DNA of 64,000 nt from Moniliella sp. 'wahieum' (taxonomy: Eukaryota), in assembly GCA_003971905.1 (NCBI GenBank), contig RSEE01000038.1, positions 434,001 to 498,000 on the forward strand, read 5' to 3'. Positions 48,692 through 61,833 of this stretch are shown here, piece after piece. The notes under the pieces are model-generated. The model was not told the origin of the DNA. It saw only the letters and a program-made list of their open reading frames with translations, and ran no database searches. Each line of letters opens with the position of its first letter. The first letter of the stretch is position 1. The translations under genes and the position numbers were made by a program.

Positions 48692-50738
48692 ATGGCCCCG
48701 CCCTCCCACTCTATCGAGCTCGCCCCGTGGCCCCAGCTCGAGCAGCCTGCTGGATCGCCCACCTCGCCCCCCCTCTCTGCCACGGATCTGCGCCCCCCCT
48801 CGCCGGCGCTGCTGAGCCCGCCTGCAAGCTGCCACCCAGCGAGTCGGACTGGGACGCAGGTTCGGTCTCGACCCTGGCCAGCACCAAGCGCAGCCGCACC
48901 TCTTCGCCCGAGCGCGGCCGGCGCAGCCTTCCCCGCGGCCGTGCCCTCCGCCCCGGATCGAGCACACTGGCTTCGTCCGCGACTCTGTCCGTGTCGCGCT
49001 CGCGCTCGCAGTCGCGGTCGGCCTCGCGGGCTTCGTCTGCCTCCCAGGCGAGGCGGTACGCGTACCCCCCTCTTGCTTCCTCTGGCGCGCGCTCTGCCTC
49101 GACGGTGCGCAAGGAGGATGAACTTCTTTCGCGCCTGTCGGTGGCTGATGACGACGCGTCTCTGCCGCCGATGGATGGGGCTGGGGCGCATGGCAGTTCG
49201 TCGGGGCGGCCGTGTTGTTGGAACTGGCTGTGTTTGGTCCCGTGTTTTGCGTCGGGGTATGGCAACCGTTCTTGGTCAGCACGTTCCCCACTGCATCCCA
49301 AGTCTCGCTCTCGGCCATCTCGACCGTGCTGACCTGCGTCACCTACCTCACTGGCCCGGCGACCCAACCGCTCTTTGCGCGCTGGCCCTGGTACACCAAA
49401 CACATCTGCACCCTCGGCCTCGTCCTGGGCGGCATCTCGTTGCTCGTGGCCAGCTGGACGTTATCGCCCGGCGCGCTGGTGGGGTTGATGGGCGCTGCCC
49501 GGGGTGGCGGGCGGACTGCTGAGCAACCCGCTGTGCATGTGGTTCCCAGGCTGGTGGTCCGCCCGACGACGCAGCATGGCCGGATCAGTCATCTTTAGTG
49601 GTGGCTGTTTGGGCGCCACCGCCTTGCCCAGCTTGCTCTTGCTCGCGCTGGACCGCTGGGGGCTGGCAGGCACACTGCGCTGCTGGGCCGCCTTCTTGGT
49701 CCTGGTCGGAGGACTGGGACTGGGCCTGATGCACCCGCGTGTCCCGCTCCGGCCTCGGTCATCGCAAGACGAGCTCCCACACGCCCACCGCGACACTGAG
49801 ACCCCGTCCGACCCGCAGACTCAACAGGAGCAGGAGCAGGAGGAGCAGGTGCAGGTGCAGCAGATGCACGAGGAGGATGACGACGCCAACGATAAAAAGA
49901 AAAAGAACCGCACGCGCTGGTCCCAGTGGCGCCCGGCAAGTTGGCTTTGGTGCCCGCTGTACTTGGTCAATGTACGTCCGATCGTTCCTTTCCCTTTGCA
50001 TCTTCCTTTCCCTCTTCCTCTTTCCCATTCTCTGCCCCTGAGGTTGCTGGGCCGTTGTACTAACCCAGCGCGCTCACTTGGCTGGCATGGGTGGCACGCG
50101 TACGCGTAGGCGCTGGCCAACTTGTTCGTCAGTGCGGCCTACCTGTCCTTGACGCTGTACGTGTCGGAACTGATTGAGGCCAACGGCGGTAGCCGGGCGG
50201 CCGGTACGGCCGGGGTGGCCGTGGTCAACGCCTCGGCGCTGGTGGGCCAGGTAGGACTGGGACTGGGCATCGACGTGTGGTTGCACGGCGACTATGCCTG
50301 GGCGACAGTCGGGGTGGGTCTGAGCTCCGTGCTGGCCGTGACGATCTTATTGGGCGTACTAGCTTCGCATTTGGTCGCCATCATGCTCGGCATGGCCATT
50401 GTCGGTGCCTCGGCCGGCGCGTACACCGCCACATGGGGCGCGTCGTGTGGCGAAGTAGGCCGCTGGAACGCGTCGCCAGCAGGCAAAATACTCTTATCCT
50501 ACAATGCCATCAAAGCGCTCGCTGCCATCCTCGGGCCCATGACCGCCGCCGCGCTGCTGCAGCGCGGCCAAGCGCCCGCCCATCCCGCTCCTCCTTTGGC
50601 GTGCCGGGCTACGCGCCCGTACTGATCTGGAGCCTGGCCTGCCTCGGTGCGACTGTCGTTGCGGGTCTGGCTATCCCCCTGGCGCGACGCCGCGCCCAGA
50701 CCCGTTCCCAGCTCGCCAGCTCGCGTTCTTACTCCTAG
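48692..50738 (+). CDS. MFS transporter, monocarboxylate porter (MCT/MCH)-like; intron 49972-50109
   Basis: Multiple TM helices; FCVGVWQPFL, LTGPATQPLFARWP, WFPGWWSARRRSMAGSVIFSGGCLG, VVNASALVGQVGLGLGID; GTACGT...TACTAAC...TAG intron. Confidence 0.8.
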
Positions 50739-51589
50739 CCATGCTCGTTTCGTCCGGCTGGGAGGGCGTCTGCTTCCCGCGCCGACGCTGCCTCACCCTC
50801 GCGTGGGAGAACCATCGATGCATGCATTGCGTTCAGGGTCGGGCTTGGTTGCTCTCGCACAGCCAAAGGCCAGGAAGGGGATACATAGGGCTGCGTCATG
50901 TAGTCATGCACATGCATCATGGGGCGTTGCGCGTCAAGCGTTCACTAGGCCACATTCAATCGGCCCTGCCAACGTATTCACACTGAACACACAGGGCGCA
51001 GAGCGGGGGGGGGGGGATGAGCACGCGGTGACAGGGGGCGAAACAAAGTCACCTACCTATGTAGGGGGAGATCGGGAGGGCAGATATATATAAAGGCAAG
51101 AACTTAAGCACTTCAAGTAGGAATGATGGATGAAAAAAAGGAAGGGTCAAGCGTCGGCTCGGCGCCGCAGGAGGCAGCGCACGCGATAGGCAACAGCGGT
51201 AGGCAAGAGATGAAGGCGAGGTAGTCAGCCCGATGGGAGCGGGGGGAAGGGATGAAGCGGACGGAGGGGAGAGACGTGGGAAGAGGGGAGGGAATAAAAA
51301 AAGACAATGGGCCCGGGGGGGAAGGAGAGAGGGGAAAAAAAGGCGCAAGGAGGCCCGGAGCCCATACCAGCCAAAGCAGACAGGTAGGATTTGGTAGATT
51401 GCATGTATGTAGCAGCTTGACGCTGGAAGCTAGACGAGAAAAAGCGCATGGTGGAAAAGGAAACAAAGAAAAGCAGCATAGGACAGAAGCACATATCCGT
51501 CATAAAGCCACTCGCGCTCGTGGGCTAAACGAGACAACGGGGAGGGGGGCCAGTGGCAGGCACCCGCCCAACCCCAACGCAAGCGTCCC

Positions 51590-54500
51590 TTAGACAATCG
51601 GTTCCTCGTGCGCGCCCGTGATGGGGGCCACAACGGGAGTTTGCAGCGTAGCTTGCCACTGGACAATATCCTCGTGCTCGTACCCGATCCGTTGTCTTCG
51701 GCGCCACTTTTTTCGTCTTGACGCGGTATCGAGCCGAGTGGGAGCCGAGTGGCCCTCGGACGGGCCATTGGAGTGGTTCTCGGCCCCGCTGCGCTCCCGA
51801 TCCCCGCGCTTGGCGCGCACTCGCGGCGGCGGGAAGGAGGCAGCATGCGCAGGCGGCCAGCAGCGGTTGGTTGTCTTGCTTGAGGCGGAACCGGGAATGG
51901 GTGCGCCAGTGCCGCGTACCCAGTGGGGCGCCGCACGCGACGAGCCCAGCGGAGGCTTGACCACCAGCGCATCCAACCGTTCTACCAGCGATCCCAGTGG
52001 ATCTCCCGACGGACCCGATTCCGCATCGGCCAGCCGACCCGTATCGGGACCAGAGGAATCGGTAGAAGGACGGTACGGCGCGGGGCGCTGCGACGAGGGC
52101 GCCCACGGAGGAAGCAGAAACAGTTCGGGCGAACTGTCCCTGGGCAAGGAAGGGCTCTCTTCTTCCTGCTCCTGCGCCCGCTCGCGACGGGACGAAGAGG
52201 AGGATTCCAGCTCGCCCGTTCGGTCCCGAGCCGCCGACGAAGTCAGCAGTACCTCCTCCTCCAACGACGAGGGCGGGCGCTTGGACCGAGGTGCACGACG
52301 GTGCGACTTGGTTGCCTTCGAAGCGGTCGCGCGCTGTTTTTGTCGCTTGCTGCGCCGATACGACAAAAGCGCTCAAAGAGCGCCGTCACCTCCTCCAACT
52401 CGGTGGTGGAAAAGGTTCCGACATCAATCGTGACCGAGATGCCGTGGGCCAACGGTTTGGACGGAACCACCCGTCCCGCTTCGTTGCCAGTCGCGGTCGA
52501 GGCGACAGAGCGACCCGACCGCTTGGAGCGGCACGAGCGGCTGGTCGAGCTGGTCCAGCGATCCTGCCGTCGGGCGCGATCCAACGTGTAAGGGGCGGCA
52601 CGCTGGCGCGCCGGCGGCGAGCGAGCCGATCGGAGCGGTGGAGCGACGGAGGATGGCCCATCAACCGTTCAAACGCACCGACATGACTCAGGTCGTCGTT
52701 GCTCATCTGCAGTGCTCGGAGCGCCACGAGCGAGGCTTGCATCGCGCCCTCCGCTAACGGTACCTCGGACCGCTCGCTCATCATGCTCTTCCGCGCAGGA
52801 CTGAGCGGGGACAGCGCGGGATCCAGCGCACGGTCAAACAGAATGTCCGTGTGGCCACTCGATTACCTCCACCTCTTTGCTCGGGCCAAAGGTGGGACTG
52901 GCTTGGTCTGCCAGACCCAGAGCGATCGCCAGACTTTGGCTAGCAGGAGTGGGGGCGTGCGCGTGCGCACGCAGTTGAGTCGGCACCGATGCGCGCTGAA
53001 GTCCTGAAGCAGCGAGGGATGCAGGACGGAGGCCGGCTGGGACGGAGGATGAGCATGGCTGTGATGATAGGATGAGACTTGGTATGCCGCGTCCGAGACG
53101 GCGACGTGGGGGATCGCGAGTTGGTACTGCTCTCGGGGCTGCTCGCGCTGCAAGACCAACCGGTCGCTTGGTGCGGCACTACCGGTAAAGGTCCTCCCGG
53201 AGGAGGGGTAAGCGGGGACAGATCAGGAGGCAACGGGCTGGACCGGGGTGGGTTTCCATGTCCATGTCCATCTTGGTCTCCCGGCGGGACGGTTGGGTTC
53301 AACAGGGAAGGCATGGGAGCCGTGTGAGAAGGATGGGCAGGACGAGGGGCGGGGTTGACACCAATAACGATGCCTTCTTTCCCGTCCGCTTGGGAGGTGG
53401 GGAACATTGTTGTCCCAGCCAGGCACGCCATGGTCGGAAGCGCGTCGGGTCCGTCGCGGGCCGCCTCGGATGGCCTGCACGTACATTTCGTACGCAGCGT
53501 GCGTACGCGCTCGGTCATACGGACCCGCCGCCAGGTCCTTGCCAGCGTGCGAGAACGAGTGTTCGCTACCAAAGGGAGGAAGCAGCCCTGGCTCCAGACG
53601 GGGGGCGATGGAAGCGTGACGTCTTCCGTCGCATGGACCGCGCCGTAAGAGGAACCACTGAAACTGAACGTGGGCATGTCTCCCGAGTTGGTGTGGAGCT
53701 CGGTCCCCTCCACTCTGGCTGTGGCTAGGCCACCGCTGTGGCCCTCCGAGTTTGGCGAGACAAGGTGAAGAGCCGGTTTCCTCTCTGTCCTTTCCAGATA
53801 GAGCTGGTGCGGGTGCGGAACGGGAACTGAAGCTGGAGGGGAGCTGAACCGGGAGCGGAGAGGGCGCGGGGCTGGGACTGGCGCGGGGGAGGGGTGGGAG
53901 GGCCCGGGGCGGGGTATGAGAAGAAATTGGATGCAAGCGAGGTGACCATGGGATCCGGAGACGAAGCGATGGGTCCAACGCGCCTTGTAGTGCATCCCAC
54001 CCGGGTTCTCCTCCTCCTCCTCCATGCACTTTCCAATTGGGCCATGGCAAGGCTCGTGGGGGCACCCGTGGGGCCACCCGTGCTACCCCCGAGTCGGCAC
54101 GGGGACGCGATGGGGACTATGCTGGGGCTGCGATGCGGGCTGCCACGAGGACTGCTGCCGCCAGGACTGTTGCGACGATGGCGGCGCGGACTGCCCACGG
54201 CTTCCCCCACGGAAGCTGCCGCGCGGACTGTAGCTGGGCTGGTATGGCTCGAGTGCGCCGTGCGCGCGCGTTCCCTTGCCCGCCCCGGCACCTGACAGAC
54301 ACAGGACGAACATGGTAGAGCGAACGCGAGCGTCGGACCGGTGACCCGGTCCCGTTCGGCACGGAGGACGCGTCGGGCTGCGTCTGGGGTGGTTGCTCCG
54401 TGAGGCAGGCGGGGTGAGAGGCAAGGATGGGTTCCTGTGCTTCTACGCCCAAAGATGGGGGTGAGGAGGCCTGTCAGCCTGCGCTGACGAACGCGGGCAG

Positions 54501-55171
54501 TCTGGGCGTGGCGAAAAGTGGGGTGGCAACGGGTTAGTACGACCACGCCATTCTCGTTACGCGTTATCTCGGTCCCCAACAACGTACCTTGGGTGTCGAG
54601 GTTGGTCCAATGGGCTGATGGTGGTGGCGCATGGGCGAAGCAAGCAATTGGTGCGGAGGGGAGGGGGAGCGAGTGGGCACCGTGGCGGGGTAGGAGGCGG
54701 AGGTGGGCGGCGGGGGGAGACCGGTGCGGAAGCGAGGTGGGGGCGGGGTGGGCGAGGGAGGGAAGGGAGCGGAGGTGGCACGGAGACCGGGGTGTGGCCG
54801 CTGTCTTCCCCGTCGAGTTCGCGATGGGGGAGACGCGGTGGTCTCTGTGGGTTAGGGGAGGGCGGCATGGGGACTGGGATTGGAACGAGGGGTGGAGGGA
54901 GCGGCGGAGGCGGAGGCGGAGGTGGGGCGGAGCGGGGGGCGGGGGTGGTGGCGGCGGGTGCGGATGGGGCCGATGTTGCCGGGGCGGGCGGGCGGCGGGC
55001 GGCGGGCAAAGCCGCCGATGGGGACGGCGGGGGGCGTGGCAGGCGTGGGCGGAAGCACGGTGGGGGGGCGAGGCTGAGGGAGAGGGGCGGGAGACGCGGC
55101 GGAGGGGCGTGTGTGTTTGGGCGGCGGCGGCTGGGCAGCGGGCAGCTGGGCGCGGGAGGCGCCTGGCCCAT
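51590..55171 (-). CDS. Hypothetical low-complexity Pro/Ser-rich protein(s); boundaries uncertain
   Basis: Chain of minus-strand ORF pieces with coding-like composition (e.g. GISVTIDVGTFSTTELEEVTAL; HEDIVQWQATLQTP). No domain recognised. Confidence 0.4.
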
Positions 55172-58100
55172 CGTGGGCGCGCAGGCAGGCGGACGGGATG
55201 GGAGGGGGGGCGCAACGAAGGTGGTGGTGGTGGTGGGGGGGGGGGGGGGGGGAGGAGGTGTGCCGGCCTACTGACAGCGCGTTGGGGAGCCCAAGCGTGT
55301 CTGCTGTGCATCTACATGCTCCCTGCAGCTGCAAGCGCCCCCCTGCAGGCAGCGTTGGCCTGGGCTGCACTGTGCTGTGCTGTGCTGCGATGCCCCATCC
55401 CGTGCAGCACCTCCACAAGCTTCACGCTAAGCTTCACGCTCAAGCTTTTTCGACCCACACAAACCGCTCGGCGGCCCGAGCGTCGATCTGGCAGCTGGGC
55501 GCGAGACTGGCCGTGTGCGGTGTGCTTCGCGTCGTGCGTGCGGCCGCCCGCGCCCCGTGCAGCGCGGGATTACCGGGTCCCGATTCCCACTGCCTGGCCG
55601 CTGCGGCAGCTCCCGTCGAGCAGACGCGCTAAGCTTTGCTGCCCACGGGTATAAGCTTTGGCCTGCCAACGGCAGCAGGCAGGGCGCCAGTGTGGCTCTT
55701 GTGCCGCCGTTTTGATGTACGGGGGGGCGGTAACCGGTAAACTGTAAGCGCTAAGCTGCAGGGGGGCTCCAACTCAACCGAACCGCAACCGCACGTCGCC
55801 GCTGCGGGCCGCTGCAGCTGCGTACTGACGGACTAGTACGCAGGCCTAGTCCCGAGTAAGCAAGCACACCCACAAATCCCTCACCGCCATGCAGCGCACA
55901 TGCCTAGTCACTTGCACGTCCCCCCCCTGGCCTGCCTCAGCATCGCCCATCAGCAGCTCACATGCCTCCCGCATTGGCCGATCTGTGTCTTGCCACATGC
56001 CACGTGTCACAGTCGCAGGCCATTGTCACATGTCATGCATCATGCACACCATGCATCATGCATTGCATCAGGCTCAGCGCGAGACGGGCGCACCGCCTGC
56101 AGCGCTTCGCCTCCGGCCTCCTCGACCATCTCCGGCGCGCTGAACAGTGGAACGTACTGAATACACTCGCCGTTCAACGTTCAACGTTCAACGTACCCCA
56201 CGTCAACGTCCCCAACTCAGTACTCCGAACTCAGACGTGCCTGTGCCCAGTGCCCCCATTTCGCCCCCGTTTTCACCAGTGACCAAACATTGAAACGTGC
56301 CATTCCATCTGCCTGCCCCCCTCCACCCCAGCTATTGCTATTGCCCCGCCGTGTCAGGCACGGCACTGGGCCCACGCAGCGTCCCCGCCACGCCCCGGCG
56401 GATCGCACGCAGCAAGTCCTAGTAACCCCTCTCTGTCTGGCCCATCGTGCCCCCGCCCACCTAGCCCGCGTGGTCCCAGCGGTCCCTGCGTTCCGTCGCA
56501 TCGGCTGCCACGGGTAGAATATATAGCGCGCCGGCCCCTGCAAGGCCGGGGCTCGAGCATCGATTCCATGGCCACGGTCCACCCTCTATATTGCCTCTCC
56601 GTGGGCGCTGACGAGAATTCTGGGTCCAAGCTTCAAGCTTTACGAAGCAGATCGACCACCAGCCTAATAAACAGCCCAGGGAGGCAGATGCATGGTGGAA
56701 AGGAGCGAGCGTACTAGCACCGCACCGTACCGTACCACTGACCCAGCAGCTACGTACGATGGGCTTGGAGGTGCGAGCAAGGGGTAACGCTATGTATTGC
56801 TACTGCTGTTGCCGGGTGGCAAGGACGCTCGGGTCGGCTGGGACCAAGCCTGCGTCCGACAGGGCGGCGCACTGGAGGCGGGGGTGCGTGTCGCCCAGGA
56901 AAACGGCCGCCAGACAGACGCAGCATCTCTCTCGCCGCCAGGGTGCGCAGCCACGTGGGGCACGATGATGGGCGCGAGCGAGCTGAGCGCGACACGCGGC
57001 ACGCGTCACGCGAACCAAGACCGAACCGCCGAGGCAGAGGTAGTGCGACCCACCCATCTACGCCAGCGCACCAACCACGCCCAGCGTATCCAGTCCCGCC
57101 CGCGCCAGCCCCGTACGCCCGACAGCCACCGGGCACAGGACCGCCGCTTGCGATATGCGTTGGACAGCGTGCAGCACGCAAGCTTGGACACTGAGCCAGG
57201 TGGCACCGTATGCACCCGCCCCATCCCGCCCATCGACGCTGCCAAACCCGCACCCACCCGCCCACGACTTGATCAGCACCAGACGGAACGCAAAGCCCGA
57301 CCCGGCGTGGTCAGGTTCACCGTCCCGGCCACCGTGACGGCCAAGCCAGCGGCCAACCACGTACACGTGCTGACAGGTACGCCTTGACGTACGCCCCGAA
57401 AAGGCAAAGGCGTCCTGCCGCTGGCCACGGGTCAAGAACCGCTGCGCAACCAGCGCGGTACCGGCCACCAAGCCCACCTTGGCCGTCCCCGTGCCCCATC
57501 CGCCCGCCGCGTCCAAGCTCGACGGACGCGCACCGTACGAGGAGCCCTACGAGCCCCTCCCAGAGCTCGGGCGCCGAGAGGCGGTACGACCGACCGGCGC
57601 GGCTGGCATGTGCGGAAGAACTGGTGGGCGCGGGGTGCGAGGGCCGAGTGGCGCGCACGGCGACGGGCAGTGCGACAGCCGTGCGCGTGCAAGTGGCACA
57701 GGACGCTGCGGAGAGGAGCAGCAAGACCCAGCATGGGCGAGGGAGGGGTGCGCGGCGCAGGCCAGCAGGCAAATGGCAGATGGAAAAAGGCAGATGGCAA
57801 ACGGCAGACGAGAAGAAGGATAGGGGCGTGGCGAAGAGGCGGGCGTATAAGAGTCGCTCGTTGCGGCGCGTGACGTACTCGTGCACAGGCGCTTGCCTGG
57901 CTGGCCACGGGGACAAGGTCCACCCGCCTCCGACGGACCAGCGTAGGGTTAGCGCATGGGGGCTTGAAGCTTGAACGTTGACGTTGAAACGTTCAACGTT
58001 GATTGAGGAGCGCTGAGGCTGACATGTGGCATGCGACATGGGCCACTGAAGACTGACGTGACATGTGACAGGGGCCGATGGGATCTGGGATTGCATCACA

Positions 58101-58634
58101 TTAGAGCGTGCGAGGGGAGCGTTCCACCCCATCCCACATCTACCTCCCAGATCTCACCCACCAGCCCCGGCGCACATGCACATGCACATCCTCAGTCGTC
58201 TCCCGGGCGTGGCGAGGGCGTGGGCGCAGGAAGCGAGGCGCGGGGCTGGCAGGCGCGGGGGGCAGAGCAACCTCCTGCACCTCCTGGCCCCTAAACTCTT
58301 TATCTCCTCGTCCGCCCGCCCGCCCCGGCGGCGAGACAGTACCAGCCTGGACCGGCGCCGAGGGTGGCGACACAGGCGCCGGTGGCCTTGCTGCGGTTCC
58401 ATCGGGCCCAGGACTGCGCTCTGCGTGTGACCGGTCGCGCTCCCCCCCCTCTTGCAGCGGGGAGCTTGGTGCGGGACGGGTCGCGTGACGTACCACCTCG
58501 CACGGCGGCAGATCTCGCTCCGGGCTGCGCGGTAAACTGCGCGAACGGGACAAGGGACGGAGCAAGGCGGAAACGGGTGGGACGGGGGCGAATGTTCCCC
58601 CCTTCGTGGGCCGGTACCGGTGTCGGTGCCGGTG

Positions 58635-60620
58635 GCTAGCACATCGTGTGCCCCTGGGAGGCCCTTGGCCTCGTCCGGCGGCGCGATCCAATCCCCGCAA
58701 AGGGGGAGGGGAAGATAAGGGCGAGGAGCGTGCGTTGGCGTGCGGAACGGGATCAGCAGGCGGGCGAGCGGGTGCTGGTTCTTCGTCGGACCTCAGTTCG
58801 TGCGCCAAGGGGTGAATCGGGGGCAGGGGCGGGTCGCGGTCCTAGCGCGCGCAGCGGGCGAAAGGGAGCGCAGCTTATCTTGATCTTTATCTTTATCTTT
58901 GTCCATCTGATCTGTGCAGTTCCCGGGGGGGTAGATGACCTGGCCCGGTAAGTTGCGATCATACGGATCTCGCGCCGTCCAGTCCCACGTGTAGACCAGC
59001 GTACCTCGCTGCGGGGAGGTGAACTCGGCGCCCGGATGGCTTGCCTGCCACGTGCTGCGTAACTCGTTGATGGCTGGCGCGAGCGATCCGTAGGCCAATC
59101 CTAACAGATGCCGCGGCGCAGGTTTGCCATGGAACACGCGCTCGGTGCCCTTGTCGTCCAACAGCGGCGCTGGATCGCTCAGCCGCGACACGCGCCGTCG
59201 CACATCGTGTCTGCCACGGCCATGGCTGCGCTGGCCACTTGCGCGGGCCAGCGGTATCCCAGCGCGGGCTGCAGCGCGCCCGACGGCGGGAAAAGGGCGA
59301 CACTCTGCCCGTGCGGGTGGGTGCGGGACAAAAGCGGCGCCAGGTTCGCAGGTGGGTCCCCGGGTTGCATGCGCACCGCCGGGGGCGCAGTAACCAAGAT
59401 CGAGGGAGCCGGTACGAAGGGCGCGCCGGCCGGAACAGCCACGCCAGCATACAGCGTGTCGGCGGGCGAAAACTGGCCCACATCCGCTACCGTCGCTGCA
59501 ATCCGCCGTCGCTTGGCCCGTGCTAACCGCATGGCAGGATCGGGCAGAGCCGAATCGGTATCGTCCATCTTGTAGTTGGCCGTGGCGGAAGAGGAAGGCT
59601 CGGCCTGCAAGGCGTGCAAGTTGGCGGCATAGGCGTAGAGAGCCGTATCGTCCTCCGGCACCGGCGTCCGTTTGCGCACGTGAGAAGAGTCGAATCGTGG
59701 CAGGTCATGAACGGCATTGGTACCATGCTCCTGAGCAAACCGCGAAGAGGAGAAGGGTACGTAGGAACCCCACCCGTTTTCCTCGAATGACAGCTGCTTG
59801 GGTCCATCTGGGGGTACTTCTTCCCCCATCGGGGAGGGGGAGGTCATCCTCGACAGCGCCAGGGACGTGGGGGATGCGCCCGTCTCATTTCCTATCTCCT
59901 TGGATTCAGGAAGAGGAGGAAGATGACAAGGGATGAACTCATGGGTGGGGAGATACTGAGCTTGAGCTTCTTGCTCGGGAGGAAAGGAAGTGCAGCTGCT
60001 CGTGTCTGATAGGGACGACAACAAGTCGCCTCCCGTGTCGCTGCAAGAAGAGTCGAGATCCATCGCTTCGTCCGCAACAGACCCGTTTGCCTCCGTCCCA
60101 CACACAGCCGCCCCAGCGGCGAGAGCATCGCGACGGTCGACAGGATCAATGGGGAGGTACTCGAGCACGGGCCGGGCCGGGGAGGGCAGTACCTCTTCGG
60201 GCCGCACGAGGGCGGCGGCGGCACGAAGTCGCCAGTTGGTCAGTGCGGACGCGTCGGTGGATGTGCCAGCGGCGGCACCTGGGGTGGATGTGGGCGGCAG
60301 CCACTCCAGCAGCTCCTCCAGGTCGACCCCAACTTGCTCCAGGGATGCACACACGTCCCCTCCGTCGGTACGGTGCGGTTGGAGAGCTCGGCATTGCCCT
60401 GGGCACGCTGCCCAAGGAGAGATATGTACCTCTGCAGCACTTCGCCCAGCATCCCAACGGCGCGACTGGAGGAGCGGCGGAAGCCGGCCGAGTGGAGAGC
60501 GAGCACGATGGCCGAGTCGACGAGGGCGCCTGCGGCCAGCGCTTGGCGGCTACGCCCTGCCCCGCCCGAGGGCGCAGCGCTGCGCCGATCTGGCACGTCA
60601 GGGCCAGGCGAACGCGCCAT
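58635..60620 (-). CDS. Bromo_TP (histone-fold) protein, TAF3/TAF8-like; 3' end approximate
   Basis: IVLALHSAGFRRSSSRAVGMLGEVLQRYISLLGQRAQGNAELSNRTVPTEGDVCASLEQVGVDLEELLEW, followed by FIPCHLPPLP. Confidence 0.75.
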
Positions 60621-60980
60621 GGGGGTGGGGGAGAAGGTGGCGGCCGAGCTGCCGGGCACGTGGGGGGCGACGATGGCGACGATGGGATGGAATGGGATGG
60701 TGGATGGCGTACGGGCGTTCAAGCGCCCGCAGCGCAAAACGCAAACCCCGCGACTTGGGCCAGCTGCTCCGTCGCGCTGCCTCGGCTCGGGCGAGACGCA
60801 GCCCAGCAATTCCGCCTGCCATTCCGCCCGGCGTCACGCGTCGTCTCACCGTCACCGGGTCACATGTCATGCATGTCACGCCGCCTGGCCAAACATCCAT
60901 CGCCCATCGACCCTCGACGCTCCCTCTCCAACCACCTGGGGAGGAAACTTTGGTTCCGGCCCACCACAGTCCCAGCCGCC

Positions 60981-61833
60981 ATGTCCGACCCGCTCGCCGC
61001 CGCCGCCGTCGCCCCCGTTGCTGCACCAGCTCCCGAGCACCCGAGTGGTCCTGCTGCTGCTGCTGGTGCCGCTGGAGTGGGGGCCGAGATGGATGCGCTC
61101 GACGAGGATGCCGAGATTGAGGCGATGAAGGCGCGCATGGCCGAGATGGAGGCCGAGGCGGCCAAGCTGCGCGAAATGACTGCTCAGTCCGACGCTGCCC
61201 CCGCTGCACCATCCACGTCGGCCCCACAAGGTCCCAGGCCTCCTGGTTCCGGCCCCACCGAGGAGGAGAAGGAGGAGGTGGATGCACGCAGTATCTATGT
61301 CGGCAACGTATGTTTTTTTTTTTTCTTTTTTCGTTCTGATGATGTAGCGCAGCGTATACGTTCCGAAGTGCTCAACTGCGTACGGAGTACTGACCCCCCC
61401 ATTCCCGCCTTCGCCCCCTTCTGTCAACCAGGTGGACTATGGTGCGTCGCCTGAGGAAATCCAACAACATTTCAGCGGGTGCGGTAGCATCAACCGCGTC
61501 ACCATTTTGTGTGACAAGTTCACTGGCCATCCGAAAGGGTACGTTGGCACGTTGGCACGTTGTGCCTCCCATTCCCCGCAACGAGACGAGACGAGACGCA
61601 TCGCGCTGACGCTGGACCAGGTTTGCCTATGTTGAATTTTCCGACCCCTCCTTGGTGGCGAGCGCCATGTTGCTCAACGAATCTCTCTTCCGCGGCCGTC
61701 TTCTCAAGGTGACGGCGAAACGGACCAACATCCCGGCATGGCACGCGGACGCGGACGCGGACGGGGAAGGGGACGCGGCTACTATCCCCGTCGCGGCTTC
61801 TACCGCGGCCGAGGCAGGGGATCGTGGCACTAA
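60981..61833 (+). CDS. PAB2: Nuclear poly(A)-binding protein 2 (PABPN1/Pab2/Sgn1); introns 61308-61431 and 61539-61620
   Basis: [88 protein letters not shown]-repeat tail. Confidence 0.95.

Noticed and set aside
10118..60620. Chromatin gene cluster (ASH2, SNT1, Bqt4-like, TAF-like)
   Set aside because: The genes are interspersed with unrelated metabolic and membrane genes, consistent with ordinary gene order in a compact genome.
766..61833. Programmed ribosomal frameshifting or mass pseudogenisation
   Set aside because: The shifts are scattered through essential genes without consistent slippery sites. Sequencing error is the simpler explanation.
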